From positions 163,620,001 to 163,684,000 of the forward strand of contig CM059425.1 of assembly GCA_030390025.1 (NCBI GenBank): DNA of 64,000 nt, in the 5' to 3' direction. Source of the DNA: Squalus acanthias. Its lineage: Eukaryota. This document shows positions 51,490 to 63,844 of the stretch, piece after piece. The translations under genes and the position numbers were made by a program. The first letter of the stretch is position 1, and each line of letters starts with the position of its first letter. The notes under the pieces were generated by a model. It searched no databases. It was given only the letters and a program-made list of their open reading frames with translations, and was not told the origin of the DNA.

Positions 51490-54352
51490 AGGAGGGAATA
51501 ATGGTAAAAAAAAAAAAATTAAAGGCACTTTATCTGAATGCACAAAGCATTCGTAACAAGATAGACGAACTAGTGGCACAAAGAGAGATAAATGGGTTTG
51601 ATCGAATAGCCATTAGAGACGTGGTTACAAGGTTGGGAACTAAATGTTCCAGGGTACTTGACGTTGCGAAAAGACAGGCAGAATGGAAAAGGAGGGGGGC
51701 AGCCCTGATAATAAAGGATGACATAAGGACAGTAGAGAGAAAGGATCTCGGCTCAGAAGATCAGGAAGTAGAGTCAGTATAGGTGGAGATAAGGAATAAC
51801 ATGGGGCAGAAAACACTGGTGGGAGTAAAATATAGGCCCCCTAACAGTAGCTATATTGTTGGACAGAATATTAATCAAGAAATAGTAGGAGCTTGCAACA
51901 AAGGTAATGCAATAATTGTGGGGGGACTTTAATCTTCAGAAAGACTAGACAAATCAAATTGGCAAAGGTAGTCTGGAGGACGAGTTCATGGAATGCATTC
52001 GGGACAGTTTCCTGCAACAATACGTCATGGAACCAACCAGGGAACAGGCTATTTTAGATCTTGGATTGTGTAATGAGACAGGGTTAATTAGCAATCTCAT
52101 AGTAAAGGATCCTCTGGGGCAGAGTGATCATAATATGATGAATTTCACATTAAGTTTGAGTGTGACTTGCCCAAGTCCGAAACTAGAGTCTTACACTTAA
52201 ATAAAGCCAATTACATAGGTATGAGGGGCGAGTTGGCCAAGGCAGATTGGAAAAATAGATTAGAGGTATGGCAGTAGTTAAGCAGTGGCTAGCATTTAAA
52301 GAAATATTTCATAATTCTCAACAAAAATACATTCCATTAACAAAAACTCCACGGGAAAAGTGATCCATCTGTGGCTAACTAAAGAAGTTAAGGACAGCAT
52401 TAGATTGAAAGAAGCTTATAATGTTGCGAAGAATAATAGTCAGCCTGAGGATTGGGAGTTTCAGAAACCAACAAAGGATGACCAAAATATTGATAAAAAG
52501 GGAAAAAATAGAATGAGAAAAAAACAAAAAATATAAAAACAGATTGTAAGAGCTTCTACAAGTATGTAAAGATTGAGACAGGAGAAATTATGGAGAATAA
52601 GGAAATGGCAGAAACGTTAAACAAATATTTTGTTTCTGTCTTCACAGTAGAAGACACAAAAAGCATACCAAAAATGGTGAGGAACCAAAGGTCTAATGAG
52701 GGTGAGGAACTTAACGTAATTAATATAAGTAGAGAAAAAGTACTACAGAAACTAATGGGACTAAAAGCCGATAAATCCCCTAGACCTGACGGCCTACATC
52801 CTAGGGTTCTAAAAGAGGTGGCAACAGAGATAGTGGATGCATTGGTTGTGATCTTCCAAAATTCCCTAGATTCTAGAACAGTCCCAGCAGATTGGAAGGT
52901 AGAAAATGTAACCCCGCTATTCAAGAAAGGAGACCGAGAGAAAACAGGGAACCACACGCCAGTTAGCCTGACATAAGTCATCGGGAAAATGCTGGAATCC
53001 ATTAAGGAAGTGGTATCAGGGCACTTAGAAAATCATAACATGATTAGGCAGAGTCAACATGGTTTTATGAAAGGGAAATTGTGTTTGACAAATTTATGAG
53101 AGTTTTTTGAGGATGTAACTAGCAGGGTAGATAAAGGGGAACCAGTGGATGTAGTATATTTGGATTTCCAAAAGGCATTCGATAAGGTGCCACATAAAAG
53201 GTTATTACACAAGATAAGGGCTCATGGGGTTGGGGGTAATATAGCAGCATGGATAGAGGGATTGGTTAACGGACAGAAAACAGAGTAGGGATAAACGGAT
53301 CGTTTTAAGGTTGGCAGGCTGTAACTAGTGGGGTGCTGCACGGATCAGTGCTGGGGCCTCAGCTATTTACAATCTATATTAGTGACCTAGATGACGGGAC
53401 CGAGTGTAATGTATCTAAGTTTGCTGACGATACAAAGCTAGGTGGGACAGTAAGCTGTGAGGAGAACAAAGAATCTGCAAAGGGATATAGATAGACTAAG
53501 CGAGTGGGCAGTAAGGTGATAGATGGAGTATAATGTAGAGAAATGTGAGGTTATTCACTTTGGTAGGAAGAATAGAAAAACAGAATATTCTTTAAATGGT
53601 GAGAAACTTTTAAATGTTGGTGTTCAGAGAGATTTGGGTGTCCTCGTGCAAGAAACACAAAGCTAGCATGCAGGTACAGCAAGCAATAAGGAAGGCAAAT
53701 GGCATGTTGGTCTTTATTGCAAGGGGGATTGGAGTATTGCAAGGGGGTTGGAGTAGAAGAGTAAGGAAGTCTTGCTACAATTGTACTGGGCCTTGGTGAG
53801 ACCACACCTGGAGTACTGTGCACAGTTTTGGTCTCCTTATCTAAGGAAGGATATACTTGACTTGGAGGTGGTGCAACAAAGGTTCACTAGATTGATTCCT
53901 GGGATGGGAGGGCTGTCCTATGAGGAGAGATTGTGTAGAATGGGCCAATACTCTCTGGAGTTTAGAAGAATGAGACGTGATCTCACTGAAACATACAAGA
54001 TTCTGAAGGGGATTGACATGGTAGATGCCGAGAGGTTGTTTCCCCTGGCTGGAGTGCCTAGAACTAGGGGGCATAGTCTCAGGATAAGGGGGAGGCCCTT
54101 TAAGACTGAGATGAGGAGGAATTTCTTCACTGAGGGTTGTGAATCTTTGGAATTCTCTGTCCCAGACAGCTGCGGATGCTCGGAGTATATTCAAGACCAA
54201 GACAGATAGATTTTTGGACTCTAGGGGAATCAAGGGATATGGAGATCAGGCAGGAAAGTGGAGTAGACGTGGATGATCAGCCATGATCTTATTGAATGGC
54301 AGAGCAAGCGCGAGGGGTCCTATAGCCTACTCCTGCTCCTATTTCTTATGTT
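51490..54352 (+). mobile_element. CR1 LINE, near-complete ORF2 (APE endonuclease plus RT) with 3' tail, inactivated
   Basis: [62 protein letters not shown]; several stops and frameshifts; possible TSD TCTTAAA at 51483 and 54352. Confidence 0.92.
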
Positions 54353-54411
54353 CTTAAACATTCACTCCCTCCACACTAGCGCACCGTGGCTGCAGTGTGT
54401 ACCATCTACAA

Positions 54412-54800
54412 GATGTACTTGCCATAGAAGGAGTACAACGAAGGTTCACCAGACTGACTCCTGGGATGAGGGGATTGTCCTATGAGGAGAGATTGAGTAG
54501 ACTAGGCCTATATTCTCTGGAGTTTAGAAGAATGAGGTGTGATCTCATTGAAACATACAAAATTCTTACAGGGCTTGACAGGGTAGATGCAGGGAGGATG
54601 TTTCACCTGGCTGGGGAGGCTAGAACCAGGGGTCGCAGTCTCAGAATAAGGGGTCAGCCATTTAGGACTGAGATGAGGAGAAATTTCTTCATCCAGAGAG
54701 TGGTGAATATTTGGAATTCTCTACCCCAGAGGGCTGTGGAGGCTTAGTCGTTGAGTATATTCAAGACAGAGATAGATAGATATTTGGATATTTATGTTCT
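54412..54800 (+). mobile_element. CR1 3' fragment
   Basis: ORF 54397..54747 has VQRRFTRL..YEERLSRLGLYSLEFRRMR. Confidence 0.85.
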
Positions 54801-55265
54801 TAATTATCAAACTTCAAAAGAATTATCAGGCTTAATGTCAACACATCCAACATGGGAAATGTTCAGACAGTGCATTAGCATCAAACTACTACAGTAGTTT
54901 ACAATAATCAATAGAAAATTTGGGTTATCAGGGTAACAAGATCGAGAGTTAATGTAGTTTACAGAACCTTGCAACAAGAACCACGAGAATGAAGATATCT
55001 TCAAGAACACATCTTGAATTAAACTTTACATATTCACTTCCTTTATACTATATTGATTTGCATCCTCATGACAGAGCACCTTTATATTCTTCATATTTTA
55101 AATACAAGTCAAATTAAATTCTAGAAGAATAGCAACCCTAATATACTTGGAATTAGCGTCTGCTCTGCTCAAGCGCACGCACATGAATGGGCAAGAGCAA
55201 AGGTTTTAGGTAGAACATTAGGGTGTGTGGTATGGGATGGCAAGTGGGGGTGGAGTGGTGTTCAG

Positions 55266-55378
55266 CAATGTTCCCTCTAATTTTTTTGGGTGTGTGGCCC
55301 TACGGCCCATTCAAAATACCACGCATGCGTGTTTTTCCTGCTGAACCAGAGCAGCCACGCAGCTTAAAGGGAACATTG
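55266..55378. mobile_element. 113-bp MITE, hAT-like
   Basis: TIRs CAATGTTCCCTCTAA / TTAAAGGGAACATTG; degenerate 8-bp flanks GTGTTCAG / GTGTCGAA. Confidence 0.6.
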
Positions 55379-56394
55379 GTGTCGAACGCTTCGCTTTCAC
55401 AGCTCAAATTAAGACTACACTGCAAAAATCACTCCCATTACTGCTCTTCATTACTGAAGAGTTTTGATGAAAGCTCTGCACCCACTTTCAAACTTTAATT
55501 TGCCTTTTCTCTTCAGATGCTGATGGATCTGTTGTGTATTACCACCAGCATTTTTGTTTTTATTTCAGATTTCTAACAGTTAGTGTTTTCCTTTAAAATC
55601 ATGCCTCGTTTTCCCCCAAACTGTTTACCGTGCACACTACCCAATAGGCTCCTTTTCTCTTTCTATCTGTTGTAAAATAACTCAACCAGTGGATCAGGAT
55701 CTTTTCATTCTTAATTTTTACAGGATAGATTATGAATTATTTACCGTACTATATATTCTTCAACTAAACCATAGCTTCTCCTTGGAGTAAATTAAGCTTA
55801 GTCTTGTTTGCCCCCCCAAAACCAGGTCAAACCTTTGTAACATTTACCTAAGAACACAAAATAATATACAACGTAGATGAAGGAAAGAAACACATTGGAC
55901 ATTATAAAACATAGCTACATGAAAATAAAAGGGGAAAATAGCATGGCAATAGAAAGTGGTGGATTTTGTTTTTAAAACATTTCATCTAACCTTAAAGGGG
56001 ACAAGGTTGGAAAGGGAAAAAATAGGCCAAGACATGGTGAGAAGTCCCCTGCTTTTATGGCCACCTAAGAGAGCAGACAGGGTTTCAGTTGAACAGTTCA
56101 TCTGAAGGATGGCACCTCAGCTTAGATTATGTGCTCAAGTCATGAGTGGGGCTAGACTCCCTGGCTTTCTAGCTCCGAGGCGAGGCTCACGTTCAGACAT
56201 GAGAAGTAGCTAATATGTCAGCAAAAAAATGACAAGTGAACTGCATCCTTAGTTATTGATCACATCTCGCAGGAGAACAGTCATTTGTGTTTCTCTACTG
56301 GTGCTGGAGTTTCAGCTCATAATTAAGAGCATTTCTTCACATCAGTCAGCAGCCTCTTTTAAGATACCACATAAACCATTTGGCACAGCAAAGC

Positions 56395-56830
56395 TCATCC
56401 CTAGTACTCCAACTCACCCAGCCTAGCATCCCACTGCATTCTGAATGCCTCAAATATCTTTGGCGCTACCATTTTGTCTACCAGATTATTCCAAAGATTT
56501 AGCCCCCATTTCAGTAAAGACATTTTTCTAATAAATACAAGTTTTAAATTTGTTTCTCCTAATTTGAGTCTTCTGCTCCTACTGACCTGATTTAGTTTGA
56601 AGCAACACTCTGGGTTTTCATTATCTTTGCCATAATTTATATACACCTCAGGAGGTCAATCATTAACCTTTTCTCTAGAAATTTAGAGTTTAAGCTTCTC
56701 TAACCTTTCCTCACAGCTCATCCCTGCTGCTGTTCTCTGCATCCTCTACAATGTGCTCATGTCCCTTTTAAAGCATGGTGACCAAAAGAGTGTGGTACAC
56801 TGTAAAGGCTCTGTATAGCCTTGTAAACTT
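56395..56830 (-). mobile_element. Very old CR1 3' fragment
   Basis: ORF 56401..56646 resembles the CR1 C-terminus (LNLWNNL..FEAFRMQWD). Confidence 0.55.
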
Positions 56831-56987
56831 ACAGTTCACAGTGTATCTTAACATTTGCTTTAATTGCTTCTCCACATTGCCTCAATGTTGAAATGGTTAT
56901 TTCCAGATTGCATTCTAAGTCTCATTGTGCTAATCCTATCCCCTTCATTGTATGCCGAAATCACTTCAGTAGAAGTAGGAGGAAGGA

Positions 56988-57090
56988 TCGCATTTATATA
57001 GCGCCTTTCACGACCACCGGACGTCCCAAAGCACTTTACAGCCAATGAAGTACTTTTTGAAGTGTAGTCACTGTTGTAATGTAGGAAACG
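56988..57090 (-). mobile_element. Deu-like SINE 3' tail
   Basis: Near-identical to 38-135. Confidence 0.75.
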
Positions 57091-57619
57091 TTTTAAGAAA
57101 TCGAGCAATGTTTGGTGAACAATGAGCTGGTTGCAGGGAGCACGGCTTTCAGAGTTGTTGGGAACCTATGACCTGGTGAGAAGAATGCTGGTTGCCTTTA
57201 AGCATACTTCTGGCAAGGAGACTGGCCTGTGGATAGCCTAATCTAGATCGGTATTAAGTAAGTTCCAATTGATATCCTTGAATTTTTTTCTGCAGATGTC
57301 CTCTCACCAGCTTGCTGTCTGGTATCAGTATCTGTGATAGCAGCATATTTGTAAAAATCTCAGTTGAGGTTAAACAAAAAAGGAGAAAACACTTCCATGG
57401 GAAAATTTTAAATCTGGAACATGACTTTTTTTTTTGGAAATAGTCCTGGTTAACTGGGAGATGGTAGCATTTGGTTTGCTCTGGAATGGCAATTCTCCAG
57501 AATTATACTTGGACAAGCAAAGTGGAAACTTCTCCACAACAGTTTGGTGAATCTAAAAAAGTAATTGAGTTTCACTTGCATAAGCATAACCATTTTGAAA
57601 ATATTTTAAATGAAACATT

Positions 57620-58309
57620 GGTCTGGAAATTGCGGTCAGAGCCTTGCCACCTGCATACACCTTTGAACCGCAAGAAAACTCCGTACTTACCTGTTACCTC
57701 CGGAGCTTCGGACTCTTGCAGTCCTGGGCCTGCAGGCGTACGCCTGCATAAAGACCCACGCAGCCCAGGGGCGCATGCGGTTCACAAGCGTCCCTGTGAC
57801 CACGTGGGCCAGGCCAACCAATGACAAAGGGGGATTCCTTCTGCTTATGGGGATTCTATTTACATATGGAATCCCCATAAGCATAATAGAAATCACCTAA
57901 TAAATAAAATTTCACAACACTGAAAACAAATAAATGATCACAGATTCAAAATTAATTAAAATACCATTTAAAATAAATTTAAACATTTTTAACCAGGACA
58001 AAATTGACCTAAACTGATTTTAAACAAGTGAATGTTTAAATCATTTAAAAAAAAAAAATTGAACATTTATTTAAACCCTTACGCTGGTAAAAGGCGGCCG
58101 TACGCCCATTTTTACCAGACGTAAGGGTTTGGTGGGTATTCGCTGGGCAGTAGTTGCACCAGCGAAAGTGAATTTCCAGCAGATGGGTACAATGTCAAGG
58201 AGAAACTTGACAGATCGCACATTCCTGGTTTTCGCGCATGCACGTCGCATGTGGAAACCCGGAACTTGCGGGGCACATACAGCATCATAGGCCCTGTAAA
58301 ATCCAGGCC
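57620..58309. mobile_element. Non-autonomous DNA transposon (MITE), Harbinger-like
   Basis: Imperfect inverted ends (ACATTGGTCTGGA / TCCAGGCCAATGT), GC-rich arms, AT-rich centre; shares a motif with 60740-61440; a related end lies at ~49092-49108. Confidence 0.55.
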
Positions 58310-59624
58310 AATGTCTTTGAAACAATAGGGCCTGGATGTTCACCTTTATACTGCCCATGTCTGTAAATATTTTCAATACTTAGAATTAGAATTGCTTTGT
58401 GTTGAAACCAGATGACAGTAGCAGGTATTCCACAGCAAACAAAGCTCCATCTTAGCCTCATTAAACAAAGACTGCTGCCCTCATTCATGGAGGCAATAGC
58501 CAGCTACATTCATCCACCCCACTGATAGCACAGCTGGATTGTCAATGATGGAAGCCCCAATACCTAATCAACTGAGAAACAATGTTTGAAATTCTGAAAA
58601 TGTTCTGTACAGCATCCACGTTGGGACAAGCATGGTGTGCTAATTTTGGTACTTAAAACATCAACTAGAGGATTTTGGCCAATGCATTGAACTGTAAGCA
58701 CCTGATGGGTGTGGAAACAGGAAAAGATTTTGGGTGCCTTTTTGCCTGCTTGGCATTGTCACTCCAGCAACTCCCATCAATTCTTCAAGGCACTGAAACT
58801 GATTATTCTTTGAAGTCCCTTAGAATACATTGTTGATTGGCCATGGAGTCTTATGGCCATGGAGTCTTATGCAATTACAGAACTGGATCAAATGTGCAGT
58901 CCAGTACAATGCCATACCAACCAACTTGACAAGATATTTATTTACATGGGAGGCTTTTGAAGAATGATAATGGTTAATTTTATTCTACAATGCAGTGTGA
59001 CTGTTTCTCATCAAATAATTCATATGGGTATAATAAAAAGTGATCTATTAAAGTAAATTATTGAAGCTGAAGCTGTAAAGTAGTGATTCATTACATACGT
59101 AGCAGTCATGATAATTACAGGAAAATGCTTCCTGTTGTTAACAGATGTTGAAACCAGGACAGAGCATAAATTGAGTTCCAATTAAAGATTTTTTGAAAGT
59201 AAATATAAAATTATTGAATTCAGTCTGAGCCAGAATACTGTAATGACACTTTTGAGTCAAAGATTCCACCTCAGAAACAGTAAATACAAGCAGTTAAAAG
59301 CAATCCTTCACCCTCCCGATAAAGTTGCAGAGATGTTGACTTGTTGACTATCATGGTAATGAAGAAGTCTCACACTGGGCTGGTGTCCTGAACGATCTCC
59401 CCTGTTGGTTTGCTTACTATGCATGAAGGATAATGAAATTCAGTTTTAGTAAAACTAGGAAATAGTTCTTCAGTTTCTGTGGACTATGTTTCACGTAGAT
59501 TTTTCTGAATACCTTTCAGAACTCTAATCACTGGCTCTCCAATTGCAAAGATTAAAGAGCACGTGTCTTTACTTTTCTTTTGAAAAAGGACAGGTTTGAC
59601 AAGAACAAAATTAAGTTGATTTAC

Positions 59625-59749
59625 CTGGAAACCACCCTGTCAAATAGCTGTCGATCCTCTTCTGAGTAACCAGGCCAGTCCCGCTGAACCTCCTTATACA
59701 CAAAATCCTTCACAGTATAGGAGTTGTCTTTTGGGTTTATATTAGCCAC
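59625..59749 (-). CDS. ELL2: ELL2 coding exon (125 nt; end of N-terminal ELL elongation region; exon 6 equivalent)
   Basis: ttcttaatag|VANINPKDNSYTVKDFVYKEVQRDWPGYSEEDRQLFDRVVS(R)|gtaaat; QRDWPGYSE is an ELL-family motif. Upstream exons were not found in the window. Confidence 0.95.
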
Positions 59750-60739
59750 CTATTAAGAAAGTAAACTTTTAATACCAATGAGAATCGCGATCCTAGATTA
59801 ACTATAACAAAGTAGGGCTGTGCTAATTATTACAACAGAATATTGAACTACAAATATAAGACTCAAAGATCTAGGCCTCGCTTAATACAGTATTGTCGAA
59901 CAATGGTACAAGCACAGGTATCTCTACATTGTATACTTTTTTTCAATATACAGAATATTTCCCAACCAGTAAACCCAACAGTTAATGCAAAATATTCTTA
60001 AAATCAAGGGTCTTAGGAACTAAAAGTCGGATCAAATGTGCAGTTCAGTACTATTCCATATAAGTTCATTCAAGATGCGCGATTATATGGAACACTTCTG
60101 AGCAGTGGCAGTGGTTAGGTTTAATGTGGCTAGTGAAAACATTGAGTGACAGTAAAAAGCTATTAAAATAATTACTGACGACGAGGCTATAAAAATACCA
60201 TAACAAACAAATACTGACGATTTTTCCCTAGGGCAATACACAAGTATCTAACTCTGTGCCTTGCTAGAGAACCTCAAGAAACACATGGGTACACTGTAGG
60301 CTGCATCGCTAATTTAAGACCTGTGCATCTTCAAAGACATGCTGAATTAATTAAGTTGTTCTGACCAATAGTAAAGACATATCACACAGACAAATGTAAC
60401 AGAAGCAAGATGTTCTATTCTTACTGTGTGGTTGGGGTGGTGGGTGGGAACGGTGCAGGGAGGAGAATTTGATAAGGAGGGCACGAAAGTGTAGGTTTTC
60501 AATGAAGTCTCTACACGGGGACAAATTTAGTCCAGAAGACTGAAGAGCCAGGACAGTAGGTGGTGTAAAAAAAAAAGGCCTGGGGTGGCTTAACCACCTC
60601 CTTTTGTTCACACACCCCTAAGCCCCAATTTTCTCCTCATGAGAAAATGCCACTGGTTCATCTAAATAAAAACTCTCTCTGAAATGTTCAGTGTTTCTTG
60701 GAATAAAGTTCTAGTCTAAACAGCTAAAAAAGAGTTAAT

Positions 60740-61440
60740 GGGCCAGAAATTCGGGTCTCCACGGGTGAGTACGCGCTGTGTACTCACCCATAGACCCAAC
60801 GAAAGTGCCGGTTTCGCGCATGCACTGGAAACCGGAACTTCCGTTCCCTTGAAGGAAGGGGTTCGGAGGTCAAACGCGTGCACCGGAGAGGCAGCGCGCA
60901 CGCATCGGACTTCCGTTTTTTTTTCAGGTTTCTGTGTGAGGGCAAGTCCCCAGCAGCTGCACGGGGAAAAAGCAGGCGCAAGGCCTGCTTTTAACAAGGT
61001 AAGTGGTGAATTAAGTAAAATGTAAACATTTTTCCCCCACAGGTTTATCTTTAAATACTTTAAAGAAAGGTAAGTTTATTTTTAGCCCCGTTAAAAACTA
61101 ATACATTTTTTCAAAAATTTAAAGAGTTAATATATGTAATTTAGTTATTTTAAAAATGTGATTTTTTTAAATAATTTATTTGAAGTTTTAGTTAGGTTTT
61201 GGGGCCGATCTCTAGTCATAGATTTGACAGGTCTGTCAAATCTAAATGGAGATTCCCTGCTCCGATTGGCTCTCCATGGCCCGCTTCGAACTAAATGCGC
61301 CGCTGGGATACGCAAGCACTGCACACCGGCAGCCGGAGGAGGCCCAGGATCAGAATCCCACGCGGGCCCACAGCACAACGGCAGGCGCGCTAGGTAAGTG
61401 CAGGTTGGGGGCTTGCACCTCCGACCCGAATTTCTGGCCC
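60740..61440. mobile_element. Non-autonomous DNA transposon (MITE), PIF/Harbinger-like
   Basis: Perfect 18-bp TIR GGGCCAGAAATTCGGGTC, 3-bp TSD AAT. Confidence 0.85.
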
Positions 61441-61449
61441 AATTAGCCT

Positions 61450-62330
61450 TACTGCATCAACCACCTCCTCAAAAAACCTACTTTTAATCTTACTATCCTT
61501 GCAAACTACTGCCCCCCCATCTCCAATTTCACTTCCTAAAGTCCTTTAATGTGTTGTTGCCTCCTAAATCCAGGCCCAGCTTTCCTACACCTCCATTTTT
61601 GAATCTCGCCAAACAGTTTTCAGCTCCTATCACAGCATTGAGCGAGCTTCCGACCCCATATTCTCTCCATCACAAAAAGAGTTAATCAATCAGTTTTCAG
61701 GTTTCCAATTTGGGTCATCTGCCCCACCAGCAAATGGCATCCTTTGTGACTGATGGATTATTCCTCGACCCCTCTACACCTTTGACATGGTCGACCAGAC
61801 AATCTTCCTCCAATGTCTCTTCTCCCACAATCCGACTCAATAAAACTGCCCTCACTCGATGCCATTCTTAGCCATCAATTGTAGCCAGCACATCTCCAGC
61901 AACGGATTCTCTTACCGTCTACGCAGATATCTCCACCACACAGTGACCTCCAGTCACCGAAGGATGTACCCTTGGCCCCTTCCTCATCTACATACTATCC
62001 TTTGGCGACATCTTCCGAAAACATAGGGGCATGTTTTACATGTATGTTGATGAAACCCAGCTCTACTGCTTCTTTGTCAGGTTGCTCGTCTGACATCCAA
62101 TTTTGAATGAGCTGCAAGTTTCTTCAGCTACAAATTAGAAGACTTAAGACATAATTTTCAGCTTCTGCCACAAACTCTGTACCCTTAACATAGATAGCAT
62201 CCCCCTACCTGGCCCCAGCCTTGGATTGAACCAGATTGCTCGTAACCTAGACATCCTATTCTACCTCGAGCTGAGCTTACGGCCCCATATTCTCTCCATC
62301 ACAAAGAACTACAGCTCATTGGTTTTAAGA
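61450..62330 (+). mobile_element. Old L2 RT fragment
   Basis: Colinear similarity to 40040-40810. Confidence 0.65.
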
Positions 62331-63164
62331 TTTCCAATTTGAGCCAGCTGCCTCACCTGCCCCTCCTGGCTGCACATGAAACAATAACTTTTTTTTTTTT
62401 TTTTTATAAACTTACCCATTTATTGGGAGCTGCTGGTTAGTCTGCAACATTCGTCCTTTTTGCCCCAGTCACTACCCATAGAATCAGTGGGGAGAAATCG
62501 GTCCTCGCTGCGCCCATATTCAAATTGGCGCAACGAGGATCAATTTCTCCCTCACTGATTTACAAGATAGTTGTACTTGTACACTGATGTCAACTTATGC
62601 CGAATTTATTGCAAAACAGAAGGGCTCCTTTTTTGAATATTTGAAAATAATACAGGAAGGATTAACTGTAGGCACTTTAGACCAGTACTACCAATTTCCT
62701 GGGTGGGGGGGGGGGGGGGGGAGAGGCGGAGAAGTGGAGTGGAATTTCTCTTCTAGGGCTGCCAACCATCAAAAACCACACTTTCCTTAAAAGATTAATG
62801 GTAATTTTTATTTATCCAATATTCTTGTTTTATTTACTCATTTTGGTAACATTTGAAGCAGTATGCTGGTTAGCAAGCCATGGAGGAGGCAAGAAATGAC
62901 AGCGAGTGAGCGGGAGAGAGGATAAACAAGTGAGCAGGAGCAAGGGAGAAAGGAGAAAGAGAAAAAAGTGAAAGACAGACACACAGGGCACGTGTATAAG
63001 CACAAAAGATAGCACAAAGAAGGGGAGAGACAGAGAAAACAAATGAAAAAGAATGCGAATGAATGATTCAAGAAACTCTACAGTAGAAAACAGTGGGGAG
63101 AGAAATACAACCCATATTGCTCTTGGGCTCCCAAAGAATGGCAAATCAGAAATTTAAATCATCA

Positions 63165-63493
63165 GCTTGATACAGCTAGTAGCACACTTGCTGAAAAGAA
63201 AGGTTGTGGATTCAAGCCCCACTCCAATATTTGAGCATATAACCTAGGCTGACAGTCTAGTGCAGTACGAAGGGTGTGCGGCATTGCGGTTGAAGCAAAA
63301 TCCGTCCAATGGTTCAGGCTGATGTTACGAAGCTATGTGAAGAATAAGGAGCTCTCCATATTCCAGCTATTTTCTTCCCTCAATTAACATGACCAAAAAT
63401 AAACCAACTTGCCATTCATCTCATTGCTGTTCATGAGATCACCCTGTGAAGTGCTTTAAGATGCACTTAAGGTGCTATATAAAGGCAAGTCTT
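63165..63493 (+). mobile_element. Degraded Deu-like tRNA SINE
   Basis: Head GGATTCAAGCCCCACTCC; tail AAGGTGCTATATAAAGGCAAGTC. Confidence 0.7.
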
Positions 63494-63844
63494 TAAGGGA
63501 ATTTAAACTTTTTTTATTTATATATACAGGGTTATACTAGTTCTAATGATTTTAGTCTTAAAACCTTCTAGCAATTGTAACATTTCTAAGGAACTTTTAA
63601 AAACTTAATAGTAAAGCTTAAACTTTTTTCAATAAAGAAAATCTGAACAGCAAATTGGTCCTGCTCAAGTATATATGCTGCAACAAATGCGTCATTTAGG
63701 ATTTTTTTTTTTTTATAAACTCTTCCCTTCAGCACTAAATGATGGGAAAGTTTGTTTTAAAAATCCCTATTAGCAAACAAGGGATCAGAAATCAGGTTTA
63801 TGTCCATATGTCTCAAGTCCCTTATTTATGAACATACAAACAAT

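Noticed and set aside
55455..55575. Hammerhead-like remnant in an old PLE terminal repeat
   Set aside because: Core and helices too degenerate (TTGATGA...CAAA) to call.
62405..62480. Minus-strand donor-like GGgtaag as a possible upstream ELL2 exon
   Set aside because: The translation does not resemble the expected ELL2 sequence; upstream exons probably lie beyond 64000.
62830..63144. Hydrophobic ORFs resembling membrane proteins
   Set aside because: They derive from a GA-rich low-complexity tract.
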